The notes under the pieces: model-generated
What the model saw: only the letters and a program-made list of their open reading frames with translations
Database searches by the model: none
What the model was told of the DNA's origin: nothing
Program-made: the position numbers and the translations under genes
Shown here: positions 54,840-64,000 of the stretch, in pieces
How the letters are laid out: each line of letters begins with the position of its first letter
How positions within the stretch are numbered: position 1 is the first letter of the stretch
Assembly: GCA_964291395.2 (NCBI GenBank)
Contig: OZ219857.1
Span: 132,218-196,217, forward strand
Direction of reading: 5' to 3'
Length of the DNA: 64,000 nucleotides
From: Alphaproteobacteria bacterium
Lineage (GTDB): Bacteria; Pseudomonadota; Alphaproteobacteria; UBA2966

Positions 54840-55073
54840 CTCGCATTGTTCCCTCACGATGTCTCAATTGGGTTGTTCCGTCCGCGCGATGAAGAAGATA
54901 CTGGTTGCCGTTGCCGCCACGCCGCTGGCGGCGGCCGACGGCGTTGCGGCCCTTCGACTCGGGATTTGCATAGAGTGTGCATGCCTCCGGCCCTATTCGC
55001 GCGTACCTTCCGCTCTTCTGAGATGTCACATGCGGGCGGGCAGGTGTGCGTAGTTGCGGCCCTCCATTGAGCA

Positions 55074-55550
55074 ATGGCGCAGGTTTGCGCAGGTTTTCTG
55101 ATCCTCTGCTTCCTGATGGGAACGGCGCTGCCGACACTTGTGGCAGCCCAAACCGATGTGCCTCGATTCGCGTCGTTGCGGTCGGAACGCGTCAACGTCC
55201 GCTCGGGTCCTGGCGTGCGGTATCCGATCTCCTGGGTCTTCATGCGACGGGGCCTGCCCATTGAAATTACCGCCGAGTTCGAGTTCTGGCGGAAAATTCG
55301 AGACCGCGACGGCAGCGAAGGTTGGATACATCAAAGCCTAATCAGCGGGAGGCGCACGGCCGTCGTCACCGGCGCAGTGCGCTCTTTGCATCACGAAGCG
55401 TCGGCCTCCTCTTCGATCATCCTCTTTGCAGAACCCGGAGTCCAAGGCGACGTATTGTCATGTCAGAAATCGTGGTGCGCGATGCGAATCGCCGGACAAG
55501 TTGGCTGGATGCCCAAAAATTATCTGTGGGGCGTTCGGGCCGGGGAATGA
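55074..55550 (+). CDS. Secreted bacterial SH3 (SH3_4) domain protein
   Basis: Signal peptide, VPRFASLR..VNVRSGPG..YPI.W, WRKIRD.DG.EGWIH. Confidence 0.9.
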   Translation: MAQVCAGFLILCFLMGTALPTLVAAQTDVPRFASLRSERVNVRSGPGVRYPISWVFMRRGLPIEITAEFEFWRKIRDRDGSEGWIHQSLISGRRTAVVTGAVRSLHHEASASSSIILFAEPGVQGDVLSCQKSWCAMRIAGQVGWMPKNYLWGVRAGE

Positions 55551-55701
55551 GTCGAGTAGCCATCGACTCAACCGAATACTCATCCCCCCGGATTTGCGAG
55601 AATTTACGGGATTGGACCTCGGGTCTGACTCCATATTCAAAAATCGGGGAATGCTCGTTCGTGGCCCGGCCGTGAGAAAAAAACTGTCGAGCACGAAAAA
55701 A

Positions 55702-55733
55702 CCTGAAAATAATGATATAATTAGATATATAGT
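55702..55733 (+). promoter_or_regulatory. AT-rich arsR promoter/operator
   Basis: ATATA-attaga-TATAT inverted repeat (55715-55730) in a very AT-rich patch 30 nt upstream of the arsR ATG. Confidence 0.5.
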
Positions 55734-55760
55734 CTTTTGAGCATCTGAGGACACATCGTT

Positions 55761-56075
55761 ATGCATGAGAAACAGGCCGCCGACTGTCTCGCTGCGCTAG
55801 GCAACGTAACCCGGTTGCGCCTGTATCGCCTGCTCGTGCGGACGGGAAGTGCTGGCCTCAATGTCGGTGAACAGCAGGACAGGCTGGGTGTTCCGGCATC
55901 GACTCTGGCGCACCACCTGACATCGTTGGTTCGCGCAGGCTTGGTCGAACAGGAACGACGCGGACGGGAAGTCGTTTCCCGTGCGGATTACGCCGCCATG
56001 GATGGACTCGTCGAGTTTCTCACGGCGGAGTGCTGCAGCGGTGTGGCTCCGGCGGAAAAGATCGACGCCGCCTGA
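55761..56075 (+). CDS. arsR: ArsR/SmtB regulator with C-terminal vicinal cysteines
   Basis: ALGNVTRL, STLAHHL, REV, FLTAECCSG. Confidence 0.85.
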   Translation: MHEKQAADCLAALGNVTRLRLYRLLVRTGSAGLNVGEQQDRLGVPASTLAHHLTSLVRAGLVEQERRGREVVSRADYAAMDGLVEFLTAECCSGVAPAEKIDAA

Positions 56076-56121
56076 AGAGATATTTCCACGAATGCAGCCG
56101 GTTATCTGAGGACATGGTCGC

Positions 56122-57156
56122 ATGAGCGTCGGCATTTTGGAGCGTACGCAGCGGTTCAGATGGCTCGCCCAGGTGGACCGCGTGTGGTTGGCGACCACCG
56201 GCATCCTCGCAGGGACCTTTGCGCTCAGCACCGTACAAGGCCTGGAAAGCTTGGTTTTCACGGGCGAAAGCCTGTGGAGCATCCTGCCGTTCCTGCTCGC
56301 GTCGGTCGGCGCCGCCGCCTATGCACAGGCCACCGGCGCCGATTCCCTGATCGCCCGGGCCTTTCAGGGCCGGACAATCGAAATGATCGTGCTCGCCGCA
56401 CTGTTCGGCGCCGTGTCACCGTTCTGCTCCTGCGGCGTGATCCCGTTGATCGCCGCCCTGCTCGCCATGGGGGTACCGCTGGCCCCGGTGATGGCGTTCT
56501 GGCTGGCCTCCCCCATCATGGACCCGTCGATGTTCGTTCTCACCGCGGGAGTCCTCGGCCTTCCCTTCGCTATCGGAAAGACGGCGGCCGCATTCGGCAT
56601 CGGATTGCTCGGCGGGTTCGGTGTCCACGCGCTGCAAAAGGGTAACCTCTTTCGGAACCCTCTGCGCGACGGTGTCGGCGATGGCGGCTGCGGCGGTGCC
56701 ACGGTGCGGAACTCGAAAGAGATCGAGTGGAAGTTCTGGAATGAGAGTTCCCGCCGTCGGACGTTCGTCAGGGACGCCCGCAAGAGCCTGCTGTTTCTCG
56801 GCAAATGGCTGACACTGGCGTTCGTGCTCGAAAGCCTCATGTTGGCCTATGTCCCGGCCGATCTGGTTGCAACCATTGTCGGCGAAGGGGGCTGGCTGCC
56901 GGTCCTCACCGCCACCATCGTCGGTGTTCCGGCATACCTCAACGGATACGCGGCGCTTCCTCTGGTCGGTGGCCTGATCACGCAGGGGATGGCGCCTGGC
57001 GCGGCTATGGCCTTCCTCCTAGCAGGCGGCGTGACCAGCATTCCGGCCGCCATCGCCGTCTTCGCCCTGGCACGGGTTCCGGTGTTCCTATCCTACCTCG
57101 TTTTCGCCTTCACGGGCGCCGTGGTCGGCGGACTCCTCTACGGAACGATCGCGTGA
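56122..57156 (+). CDS. arsP: ArsP/DUF318 permease (organoarsenical-efflux-like)
   Basis: SPFCSCGVIP, FWLASP, PAYLNG, GAAMAFL; directly downstream of arsR. Confidence 0.75.
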   Translation: MSVGILERTQRFRWLAQVDRVWLATTGILAGTFALSTVQGLESLVFTGESLWSILPFLLASVGAAAYAQATGADSLIARAFQGRTIEMIVLAALFGAVSPFCSCGVIPLIAALLAMGVPLAPVMAFWLASPIMDPSMFVLTAGVLGLPFAIGKTAAAFGIGLLGGFGVHALQKGNLFRNPLRDGVGDGGCGGATVRNSKEIEWKFWNESSRRRTFVRDARKSLLFLGKWLTLAFVLESLMLAYVPADLVATIVGEGGWLPVLTATIVGVPAYLNGYAALPLVGGLITQGMAPGAAMAFLLAGGVTSIPAAIAVFALARVPVFLSYLVFAFTGAVVGGLLYGTIA

Positions 57157-57247
57157 TTTCCCGACCCCTTGGCGCGAAACGGTATTCACCGCTACTCTTA
57201 GGCATCTGGTTTGTGGCGTCGAACACGAAGGAACGGAGGAACAGAGC

Positions 57248-58639
57248 ATGAGCGTCGCCGAGGACTTGAGGGCGCACGGAATTGTCGTTCCGACAGGAAA
57301 GTATCAGGGATACGCGAAGAATCGGCGGCCCAGTCCCGACCCCGAGCTGACTTTGACGGGGCCGGGAACGCCTTGTGGCGAATACCTGCGCCGCTATTGG
57401 CAACCCGTCTGCATGGTCTCGGAAATCCCCGACGACCGCCCCCTGCGGCTGCGAATCATGAGCGAAGATCTGGTCGCGTTTCGTGACAAATCAGGCCGCT
57501 ACGGTCTCCTCGCCGCAAATTGTAGTCACCGCAACACCTCGCTCGAATTCGGCATCGTCGAGGAGGACGGCATCCGCTGCTGCTATCACGGCTGGCGTTA
57601 CGACATCGACGGCACGATTCTCGAGGCGCCCGGAGAGCCCGAAGGAACAAAGATTACCGAGCGCGTGAAGCACGGCGCCTATCCGGTCTTCGAGTACAAA
57701 GGTCTCGTCTTCGCCTACATGGGACCAGCGGACGAGCAACCGGAATTTCCGGTCTATGACATCCACGAGCAGCCCAACGACGCCATGGTGCCATACTCCA
57801 TCACCTATCCCTGCAACTGGCTGCAGGTGATGGAGAACACGGTCGACCCCATTCATACGGTATTTCTGCATACCCGAATCACGGAAGTGCAGTTCGCGAA
57901 TTCGTGGGGCGCGATGCCGGTCGTGAAGTGGTACACGCCGGACAATCACATCGTCACGACCTCAACCTACCGCTGGGGCGACCATGTCTGGCTGCGGGCC
58001 CAGGATGTCTGCCTGCCGAATCACGCACGCATCGGGGCTTTTCTCTACGAAGCGGATGAGCCTCGATATTTCTGGCGCTCGGCCCTCACCAAGTGGACCG
58101 TGCCCCGCGACGATACGGAATGCATGATCATTTCGTGGCGCCACTATGGCCCCGATATCGACCCGGAAAACCTGGGAATTCCAGATGACGTCGGAAAGGA
58201 GAAGGTCGACTTCATTGGCCAGACCATGTTCCGAGATTACAGGGAGCGGCAGATCGAGCCGGGTGACTATGAGGCCCAGGTCTCACAGGGCCTCACCAAC
58301 GTGCACGCGGCGGAGAATCTAGGTACGACCGACATCGGCGTTGCGACGCTAAGGAAGCGCCTGCGCGAGCAGGTCCGCGGTCTTGCCGACGGCACGCGGG
58401 AACCGGCACGCCCGTCTCGGTACGGCGATCTGTACTACGGCTATGTCCAGGACACCGTGTTTGCCATTCCGCCGCGCAGCACCGACGAGAAGGAGGACGA
58501 GGAGCTCCGGAGCCAGATCTCCGATGTGGCCATGGAGATCGTCCTGGAGGCCGATAGCCTGCCGACGGCAGACCAGCGGACCGCCCGGATCAAGGAACGC
58601 TTCGCCAAGCTGCACGAAGACCCGCGGTTCAGTGCCTGA
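57248..58639 (+). CDS. Rieske non-heme iron oxygenase alpha subunit (phthalate 4,5-dioxygenase/LigX-like)
   Basis: TGPGTPCGEYLRRYWQP, CSH-x16-CCYH Rieske ligands, ENTVDPIH...LH mononuclear Fe site. Confidence 0.9.
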   Translation: MSVAEDLRAHGIVVPTGKYQGYAKNRRPSPDPELTLTGPGTPCGEYLRRYWQPVCMVSEIPDDRPLRLRIMSEDLVAFRDKSGRYGLLAANCSHRNTSLEFGIVEEDGIRCCYHGWRYDIDGTILEAPGEPEGTKITERVKHGAYPVFEYKGLVFAYMGPADEQPEFPVYDIHEQPNDAMVPYSITYPCNWLQVMENTVDPIHTVFLHTRITEVQFANSWGAMPVVKWYTPDNHIVTTSTYRWGDHVWLRAQDVCLPNHARIGAFLYEADEPRYFWRSALTKWTVPRDDTECMIISWRHYGPDIDPENLGIPDDVGKEKVDFIGQTMFRDYRERQIEPGDYEAQVSQGLTNVHAAENLGTTDIGVATLRKRLREQVRGLADGTREPARPSRYGDLYYGYVQDTVFAIPPRSTDEKEDEELRSQISDVAMEIVLEADSLPTADQRTARIKERFAKLHEDPRFSA

Positions 58640-58758
58640 GATTTCCGAATCCGCTTTTATGGACTTCCCGCCTGGCACCTCGGATCAGGCGAAGTCCCCC
58701 GCCAAGGCGGACCGGACCGGCTCCGGCAGGCGCGCCATGTGAGCGTAGTGGACGTGTC

Positions 58759-59072
58759 CGATGCAGTTTACGGCGGCCCGATAACGCTTCACAGGTAGCG
58801 GCTTGGCGGTCCGGTCTCGGCGGCGCAAAATTGAATGCCATCCATGGCCCTTTGTCTGTTTCGGCGAGGAGCAGGGGATGTACGGCGTGGAGTTCCATGC
58901 GGCGGTACGGCTTGCGGTTGTCGACGAAGGTCTGAGCCATCGTGAGGCGAGCTAGCGGTTCGGCATCGGCCGCCGGACGATTAGGAAGATGCTGAGCCAT
59001 TCGGCGCCGCCGGGCTACCGGCGGACGAAGTCAGTCGGGCGTCCGAAGCTGGACGGCTTCACCAGGATCATC
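58759..59072 (+). mobile_element. istA: IS21-family left end and truncated istA pseudogene
   Basis: ATG 58878: MYGVEFHAAVRLAVVDEGLSHREAS*RFGIGRRTIRKMLSHSAPPGYRR..RPKLDGF; internal TAG at 58953. Confidence 0.75.
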
Positions 59073-59533
59073 CGCCCGGCGCCCTCACCACGTGGCACAG
59101 CGCCTCCACGTCGAACGGCCCGACGGCGCTCACCCGGTGGCCGTTCGACAACGCGATCTCGATCCGGCCGTCCGAAGACAGTGCCGGCGCCAAGAGCGGC
59201 TCCGCCACCACCTCCACCGGAAGAAAGGACGGCGCGTCATCGGCACCCGCCCCCGGCCGGTTAGCGGGGATCGCGGCGCCACCTGAAGATCAGGTTGGCG
59301 TTGACGTCGTAGCGGTGTCCCACTTGGGACACCGAAACGCCCGGCGCGTATCTTTGCGCAACGATCCTGCGCTTCTCATCTCCCGACCAGAAACGACGCG
59401 TCCGACGCGCCACCGCAAAGCCGCCTCCCATAGCGTCCACTAACGATGGTGGACACCATCGACCTCCAAAACACCATCGGAGACTGCGGCTTCAAACAGA
59501 CCCGCCACAAGGGCGGTCAGCCCAGACGCTGAC
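59066..59533 (-). mobile_element. IS66-family left end and tnpA (accessory ORF) pseudogene
   Basis: End GTCAGCGTC (cf. GTAAGCGTC); RRFWSGDEKRRIV..PGVSVSQV..YDVNANLIFRWRR, FLPVEV, RIEIAL; stops at the ATGATC start of the next ORF. Confidence 0.78.
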
Positions 59534-59750
59534 GCGTCGGCCTCAGACCGACCGCCTTGAGGCGAGAGAGTACGTCGGAAAACGGCCATTGCTGCGTCAT
59601 GCGATCATCACCCGGTACAGCATGCCCGGTTGCTCGGACTCCCATCAAGGATAGGTCGACTGGACGAAATTAGTAGACCATTCCTCAATGAGGTAGCTCA
59701 TTCCTTGGAAATGCTCCAAATCAGGGAATAGCGCGGCCGATCCCCGGTGC

Positions 59751-61148
59751 TCAATCACCGCTGACGATCCGTTCAAAAAGCTGACGCACGGTCGGCACGA
59801 ACCCGCCGGCATAAAACGGGTCTTTGGCAAATCGATACGCCCCGTGACCCGCAAACATCAGATTCGTGTCGGTGCGCTCGGAATGCACGACGTCTTGCAG
59901 CGTCTTTTGGATGCAGTAGCTGCGGGGATCCGCCTTGCGGCCAGAAGAATGGCTCTCGTTCTCCGCCCAGTTCGAGAACAAGCATTGACTGAGGCACCCC
60001 ATGCACTCGCTCTGATCTTTGCGAATCTGGTTCATCTTTCCGGTCGTTACGAAAATCAGCGTGGACGACGGCGTCCGAAGAGCTTCCGTATATCCCTCCG
60101 CGATCCAGCCTTCCGCAACCTGACGATCCGCCTCGGTGACATAGACCTCGCGCTTACGCGCGCCAGTCGGGAAAGGTACGTTGTGCTCGCCCACGGGCTC
60201 TTCGGTGTACGCGATCTGTCGGGCGTTCCGCTGCTCGAGCTCATCAATGAAGTCGTTACGAACAGCAGACGACCAGAAGCCGGTCGGACTGAACCGATTG
60301 AGAAGAACATCCCCTTCCTTGAGCGACAGGAGCCGCTTTTTCCATGCATCGGGGATGGGGCTTTCCTTGGTGAGCAATGCCCGGGTCCCGAACTGGAATG
60401 AGACGGGCCCCAGTTCAGGATTGTCGATCCAATCTTCCCATTCCCTCAGGAACCAGACTCCGCCCGCCATGACGATCGGCACCTGATCGAGCCCGAATTC
60501 CCGCATCTGTTTGCGCAATGCCACCACGCGCGGATAGGGCGGTTCCGGATTGAGGGGGTCTTCAGAGTTACTGAGCCCGTTGTGTCCCCCGGCGCGCCAG
60601 GGATCCTCATATACCACCGCGCCGAGAAACTCGGAGAACTTGTGATAGGCCCGCTTCCAAAGCGCTCTGAACGCCCGCCCCGAGGAGACGATGGGATAAT
60701 AGTAAACGCCGTAGTTCGCCGCGACCTCCGCCAGACGATAGGGCATTCCGGCACCACACGTGACACCGTGAATGAGCCCTCTGGCACCTTCGAGCACCCC
60801 TTGAAGCACCCGCTGCGCCGCACCCATTTCCCACAGGATATTTACGTGGATGCGGCCCACACCGTTGGCCGTCTCGTGGGCGATCCGGGCCTGGGCTACG
60901 GCACCCTGAATTGCGTAATCGACGAGTTCTTCGTGCCGGTCCTTGCGGGTTCGTCCCCGGTACAGCTGTGGGATGACATTTCCCCGCTCATCGTAGGAAT
61001 CGGCATTGACCCCAGAAAATGTGCCGATCCCACTACACGCGGCCCAGGCTCCCGAGCTCTGGCCATTCGTCGCCGAAATGCCTTTTCCGCCTTCCACGAG
61101 CGGAAGTACTTCGGCACCGGACATCAGTATCGAGTTGAGAGCCTTCAC
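59751..61148 (-). CDS. Nitronate monooxygenase-family FMN oxidoreductase
   Basis: PLVEGGKG, TCGAGMP, AGGHNG, MAGG, FQFGTR, LMFAG. Confidence 0.85.
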   Translation of the reverse strand: MKALNSILMSGAEVLPLVEGGKGISATNGQSSGAWAACSGIGTFSGVNADSYDERGNVIPQLYRGRTRKDRHEELVDYAIQGAVAQARIAHETANGVGRIHVNILWEMGAAQRVLQGVLEGARGLIHGVTCGAGMPYRLAEVAANYGVYYYPIVSSGRAFRALWKRAYHKFSEFLGAVVYEDPWRAGGHNGLSNSEDPLNPEPPYPRVVALRKQMREFGLDQVPIVMAGGVWFLREWEDWIDNPELGPVSFQFGTRALLTKESPIPDAWKKRLLSLKEGDVLLNRFSPTGFWSSAVRNDFIDELEQRNARQIAYTEEPVGEHNVPFPTGARKREVYVTEADRQVAEGWIAEGYTEALRTPSSTLIFVTTGKMNQIRKDQSECMGCLSQCLFSNWAENESHSSGRKADPRSYCIQKTLQDVVHSERTDTNLMFAGHGAYRFAKDPFYAGGFVPTVRQLFERIVSGD

Positions 61149-61305
61149 CGGACCTTCTCGCCGTCTTCCCCTCCGTTCGGGGCTACGCGAACGCCGCCCG
61201 AGGTGGTATCAAGGTCCTGCCACGTGGCAATTTACGGCCACCTTACCAAGCATATAACGCAAATACGTCAAGAACCCAATGCCTTAGACAAACGGGCGCG
61301 ACGGG

Positions 61306-63429
61306 TTAGCTCGCCTCCGCCGGCTGATCCCGAGGCAGTTCCTCACCGGTTTCCTGGTCCACAACCCGCATCGACAAACGGACCTTGCCGCGGTCATCGA
61401 TACCGAGCACTTTGACATAGACTTCGTCACCCTCCTGCACCACATCGGTGACGCGGCCCACTCGCCGCTTCACAAGTTCGCTGATATGAACGAGACCGTC
61501 ACGGCTGCCGATAAAGTTCACGAAAGCGCCAAAGTCGACCGTCTTCACGACTTTGCCATGATAGATTTCGCCAACTTCGGGTTCGGCAACGATGTTGCGG
61601 ATCATTTCGAGCGCCTTGTCGGCGGATGGCGTCGAGGTTGCGGCAACCTTAATCGTCCCGTCGTCCTCGATATCGATCTTGGCCCCCGAAACTTCGCAGA
61701 TTTCGCGAATCACCGAACCACCCGTACCGATCACGTCCCGAATCTTCTCCTTGGGAATCGTCATCGTCGTAATGCGAGGCGCGTGCTCTCCGACGTCGGA
61801 ACGTGCCTCACTGATGGCGTTTGCCATCTGCTCCAGGATATGTGCACGCCCATCCTTAGCCTGGGCGAGCGCCGTTTTCATGATTTCGGCGGTGATGCCT
61901 GCCACCTTAATATCCATTTGAAGCGAGGTTACGCCGTCGTCCGTTCCAGCAACCTTGAAGTCCATGTCGCCGAGGTGATCTTCGTCTCCGAGGATGTCCG
62001 AAAGAACCGCGTAGTCGTCGCCCTCGAGAATGAGCCCCATGGCGATACCAGCCACGGGCTTCGGCAGGGGCACGCCCGCATCCATCAGCGACAGAGATGA
62101 TCCGCAAACCGTTGCCATCGAAGAGGATCCGTTCGACTCGGTGATTTCCGAGACGATTCGGACGGTGTAGGGAAAGGTCTCGTTGGACGGCATGAGCGGA
62201 TGGATAGCCCGCCACGCAAGCTTGCCGTGGCCGATTTCACGGCGGCCCGGGCCGAGTCGGAACGACGTTTCACCGACCGAATACGGTGGGAAGTTGTAGT
62301 GCAGCATGAACGCTTCGCGATATTCGCCTTCCAAGGCATCCATGATCTGTTCGTCCTGTCCGGTACCTAGGGTCGTGGCCACCAGCGCCTGAGTTTCACC
62401 CCGCGTAAACAGCGCCGAACCATGGGCCCGAGGAAGAACGCCGACTTCACACGATACGGCACGTATGTCGGATGTCGACCGGCCGTCGATTCGTGAACCG
62501 GTCTCGAGAATCGCCTTACGGACGATGTTCTTCTCAAGGTCTTTCAGGCAATTCGAGATGGCTTGGACTTCATCCTCTTCGGATGCCAACCCCTCCATAA
62601 CGCGCGTTTTTGCGGCCTCAACCTTTTCGATCCGCGTTTGCTTCACTTGCTCCGTATAAGCAGCGCGCAGCTCGGCCTCCGCCATGTCGGCAACACGAGA
62701 CCGCAATTCGACGTTGTCCTCTTCCTCGGGCAGCGTCCAGGGCTCCTTGGCCGCGGCTTCGGCAAGCTCCACAATCGCGTCGATGACGGGGTCCCACGCC
62801 TCAAGACCGAACATCACCGCGCTCAACATGACTTCTTCGGAAAGTTCGTGCGCCTCCGATTCCACCATCAGGACGTGCTCCCGCGTTCCCGCGACAACCA
62901 AATCCAACTGCGAGCTCGGCAATTCATCGAGCTGGGGATTCAACACGTACTGACCGTCTATGTAGCCGACGCGCGCGGCCCCGACCGGACCGAGGAAGGG
63001 AAGTCCCGAAATCGTCAGCGCTGCCGACGATCCGATCAGGGATACGATATCTGGATCATTCTCGAGATCATGGGACAGGACGGTGCAAATCACCTGGGTT
63101 TCGTTGCGAAACGCTTTGTGGAAGAGGGGGCGAATCGGGCGGTCGATGAGGCGTGACGTCAATGTCTCTTTTTCAGACGGGCGCCCTTCCCGCTTGAAGA
63201 ACCCGCCGGGAATCTTGCCGGCCGCGAACGTTTTCTCTTGGTAGTTGACGGTGAGGGGAAAGAAGTCGACATCGGGCCGCGGAGACGATTCGGCAACGGC
63301 AGTGCAAAGCACGGTGGTGCCGCCGTAGGTCGCCATTACGGCGCCGTTCGCCTGTCGAGCGATCTTGCCCGTTTCGAGCACGAGCGTCCGTCCGCCCCAT
63401 TCGATTTCTTTTCGCTGAATTTCAAACAT
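61306..63429 (-). CDS. pnp: Polyribonucleotide nucleotidyltransferase (PNPase)
   Basis: [39 protein letters not shown] and S1 domains. Confidence 0.98.
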   Translation of the reverse strand: MFEIQRKEIEWGGRTLVLETGKIARQANGAVMATYGGTTVLCTAVAESSPRPDVDFFPLTVNYQEKTFAAGKIPGGFFKREGRPSEKETLTSRLIDRPIRPLFHKAFRNETQVICTVLSHDLENDPDIVSLIGSSAALTISGLPFLGPVGAARVGYIDGQYVLNPQLDELPSSQLDLVVAGTREHVLMVESEAHELSEEVMLSAVMFGLEAWDPVIDAIVELAEAAAKEPWTLPEEEDNVELRSRVADMAEAELRAAYTEQVKQTRIEKVEAAKTRVMEGLASEEDEVQAISNCLKDLEKNIVRKAILETGSRIDGRSTSDIRAVSCEVGVLPRAHGSALFTRGETQALVATTLGTGQDEQIMDALEGEYREAFMLHYNFPPYSVGETSFRLGPGRREIGHGKLAWRAIHPLMPSNETFPYTVRIVSEITESNGSSSMATVCGSSLSLMDAGVPLPKPVAGIAMGLILEGDDYAVLSDILGDEDHLGDMDFKVAGTDDGVTSLQMDIKVAGITAEIMKTALAQAKDGRAHILEQMANAISEARSDVGEHAPRITTMTIPKEKIRDVIGTGGSVIREICEVSGAKIDIEDDGTIKVAATSTPSADKALEMIRNIVAEPEVGEIYHGKVVKTVDFGAFVNFIGSRDGLVHISELVKRRVGRVTDVVQEGDEVYVKVLGIDDRGKVRLSMRVVDQETGEELPRDQPAEAS

Positions 63430-63560
63430 CTCTATTTCCTTACTTACGAGACACGCTGCACCATGCAGCATGCCTTACGCCAGAGTCCTCACGACTTCCG
63501 ACGAGTCACATGCGCCTGCCACTGATGGGAACATCCGCGAGCCCACGGAAGGTCCGACAA

Positions 63561-63830
63561 CTACCGGCGCAATCCGAGCTCCTGGATCAGTGACTGATAA
63601 CGTGCCTGATCCGTGCGCTTGAGGTAGTCGAGCAAACTCCGACGCTGATTGACCATTTTGATGAGGCCGCGCCGCGAATGAAGATCCTTCTTGTGAGTCT
63701 TGAAATGCTCGGTGAGATTGGTAATCCGTTCCGTCAGGATAGCAACCTGCACTTCGGGAGAGCCGGTGTCATCCTTGGTGGTCGAGAACTTGCCGATGAG
63801 TTCCTGCTTTCGTTCTTGCGTAACCGACAT
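63561..63830 (-). CDS. rpsO: 30S ribosomal protein S15
   Basis: [29 protein letters not shown]; ATG 63830 after GGAG. Confidence 0.97.
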   Translation of the reverse strand: MSVTQERKQELIGKFSTTKDDTGSPEVQVAILTERITNLTEHFKTHKKDLHSRRGLIKMVNQRRSLLDYLKRTDQARYQSLIQELGLRR

Positions 63831-63840
63831 CGTGTCTCCG

Positions 63841-64000
63841 TCATTTGAGGTGAAAGACCCGCAACGGCCGAACTTCGCTATCTTTGGCCTCGGCCAAAGC
63901 CACAAGACGTTCTGCCGATCGTGCGCAGTAGACGCCATCCGTGGCATTCGACACGCGGACCATTTGTCCGCTTCTCAGGCGTTCGGCCTGCGGGCCGGTC
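63841..64000 (-). CDS. truB: 3' end of tRNA pseudouridine(55) synthase TruB (partial, runs off the window)
   Basis: Open frame QAERLRSGQ...LVALAE...[11 protein letters not shown]; conventional truB-rpsO-pnp order. Confidence 0.75.
   Translation of the reverse strand, partial: TGPQAERLRSGQMVRVSNATDGVYCARSAERLVALAEAKDSEVRPLRVFHLK

Noticed and set aside
55548-55570. TGAGTCGA/TCGACTCA hairpin after the SH3 gene as a novel element
   Set aside because: A single short stem at a gene end with no U-tract and no further copies seen; at most an ordinary 3' stem.
63831-63947. N-terminal extension of S15 suggested by the ORF track
   Set aside because: It overlaps the truB 3' end; ATG 63830 with an SD gives the normal 89-aa S15.

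Overview
GC-rich alphaproteobacterial chromosome segment; gene content and order suggest a Rhodospirillales-like organism (inference). It is mostly housekeeping: ahcY-rapZ-chvG-chvI-polA-dcd, tRNA-Arg(CCG), hldDE, gyrB-recF-dnaN-dnaA-rhodanese-rpsT, mutM-ubiE-ubiB-coaBC-dut-moeB and pnp-rpsO-truB(3' end). There are three accessory stretches. (i) About 15 kb of catabolic genes follow tRNA-Arg: an HmfE-like crotonase, CoA ligase, CoA transferase, SDRs, an L-2-hydroxyglutarate oxidase-like enzyme, and a luciferase-like monooxygenase coupled to an alpha/beta-hydrolase with no nucleophile. (ii) A 2.7-kb insert (52.3-55.0 kb) holds shredded, duplicated IS630 pieces bracketed by two inverted IS ends, plus two frameshifted small genes. 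(iii) arsR-arsP and an orphan Rieske oxygenase are followed by a fused IS21/IS66 remnant. dnaA is split by a single missing base in a homopolymer, most likely a sequencing or assembly error. I found no CRISPR array, prophage or recognisable defence system, and I cannot claim a definite new system. The best leads are the catabolic cluster, the IS630-derived inverted element, the rhodanese-dnaA coupling and several non-coding signals (DnaA boxes upstream of dcd-polA, 4x10-bp repeats upstream of chvI, phased GANTC sites upstream of dnaN). All family assignments come from motif recognition by eye, not database searches.
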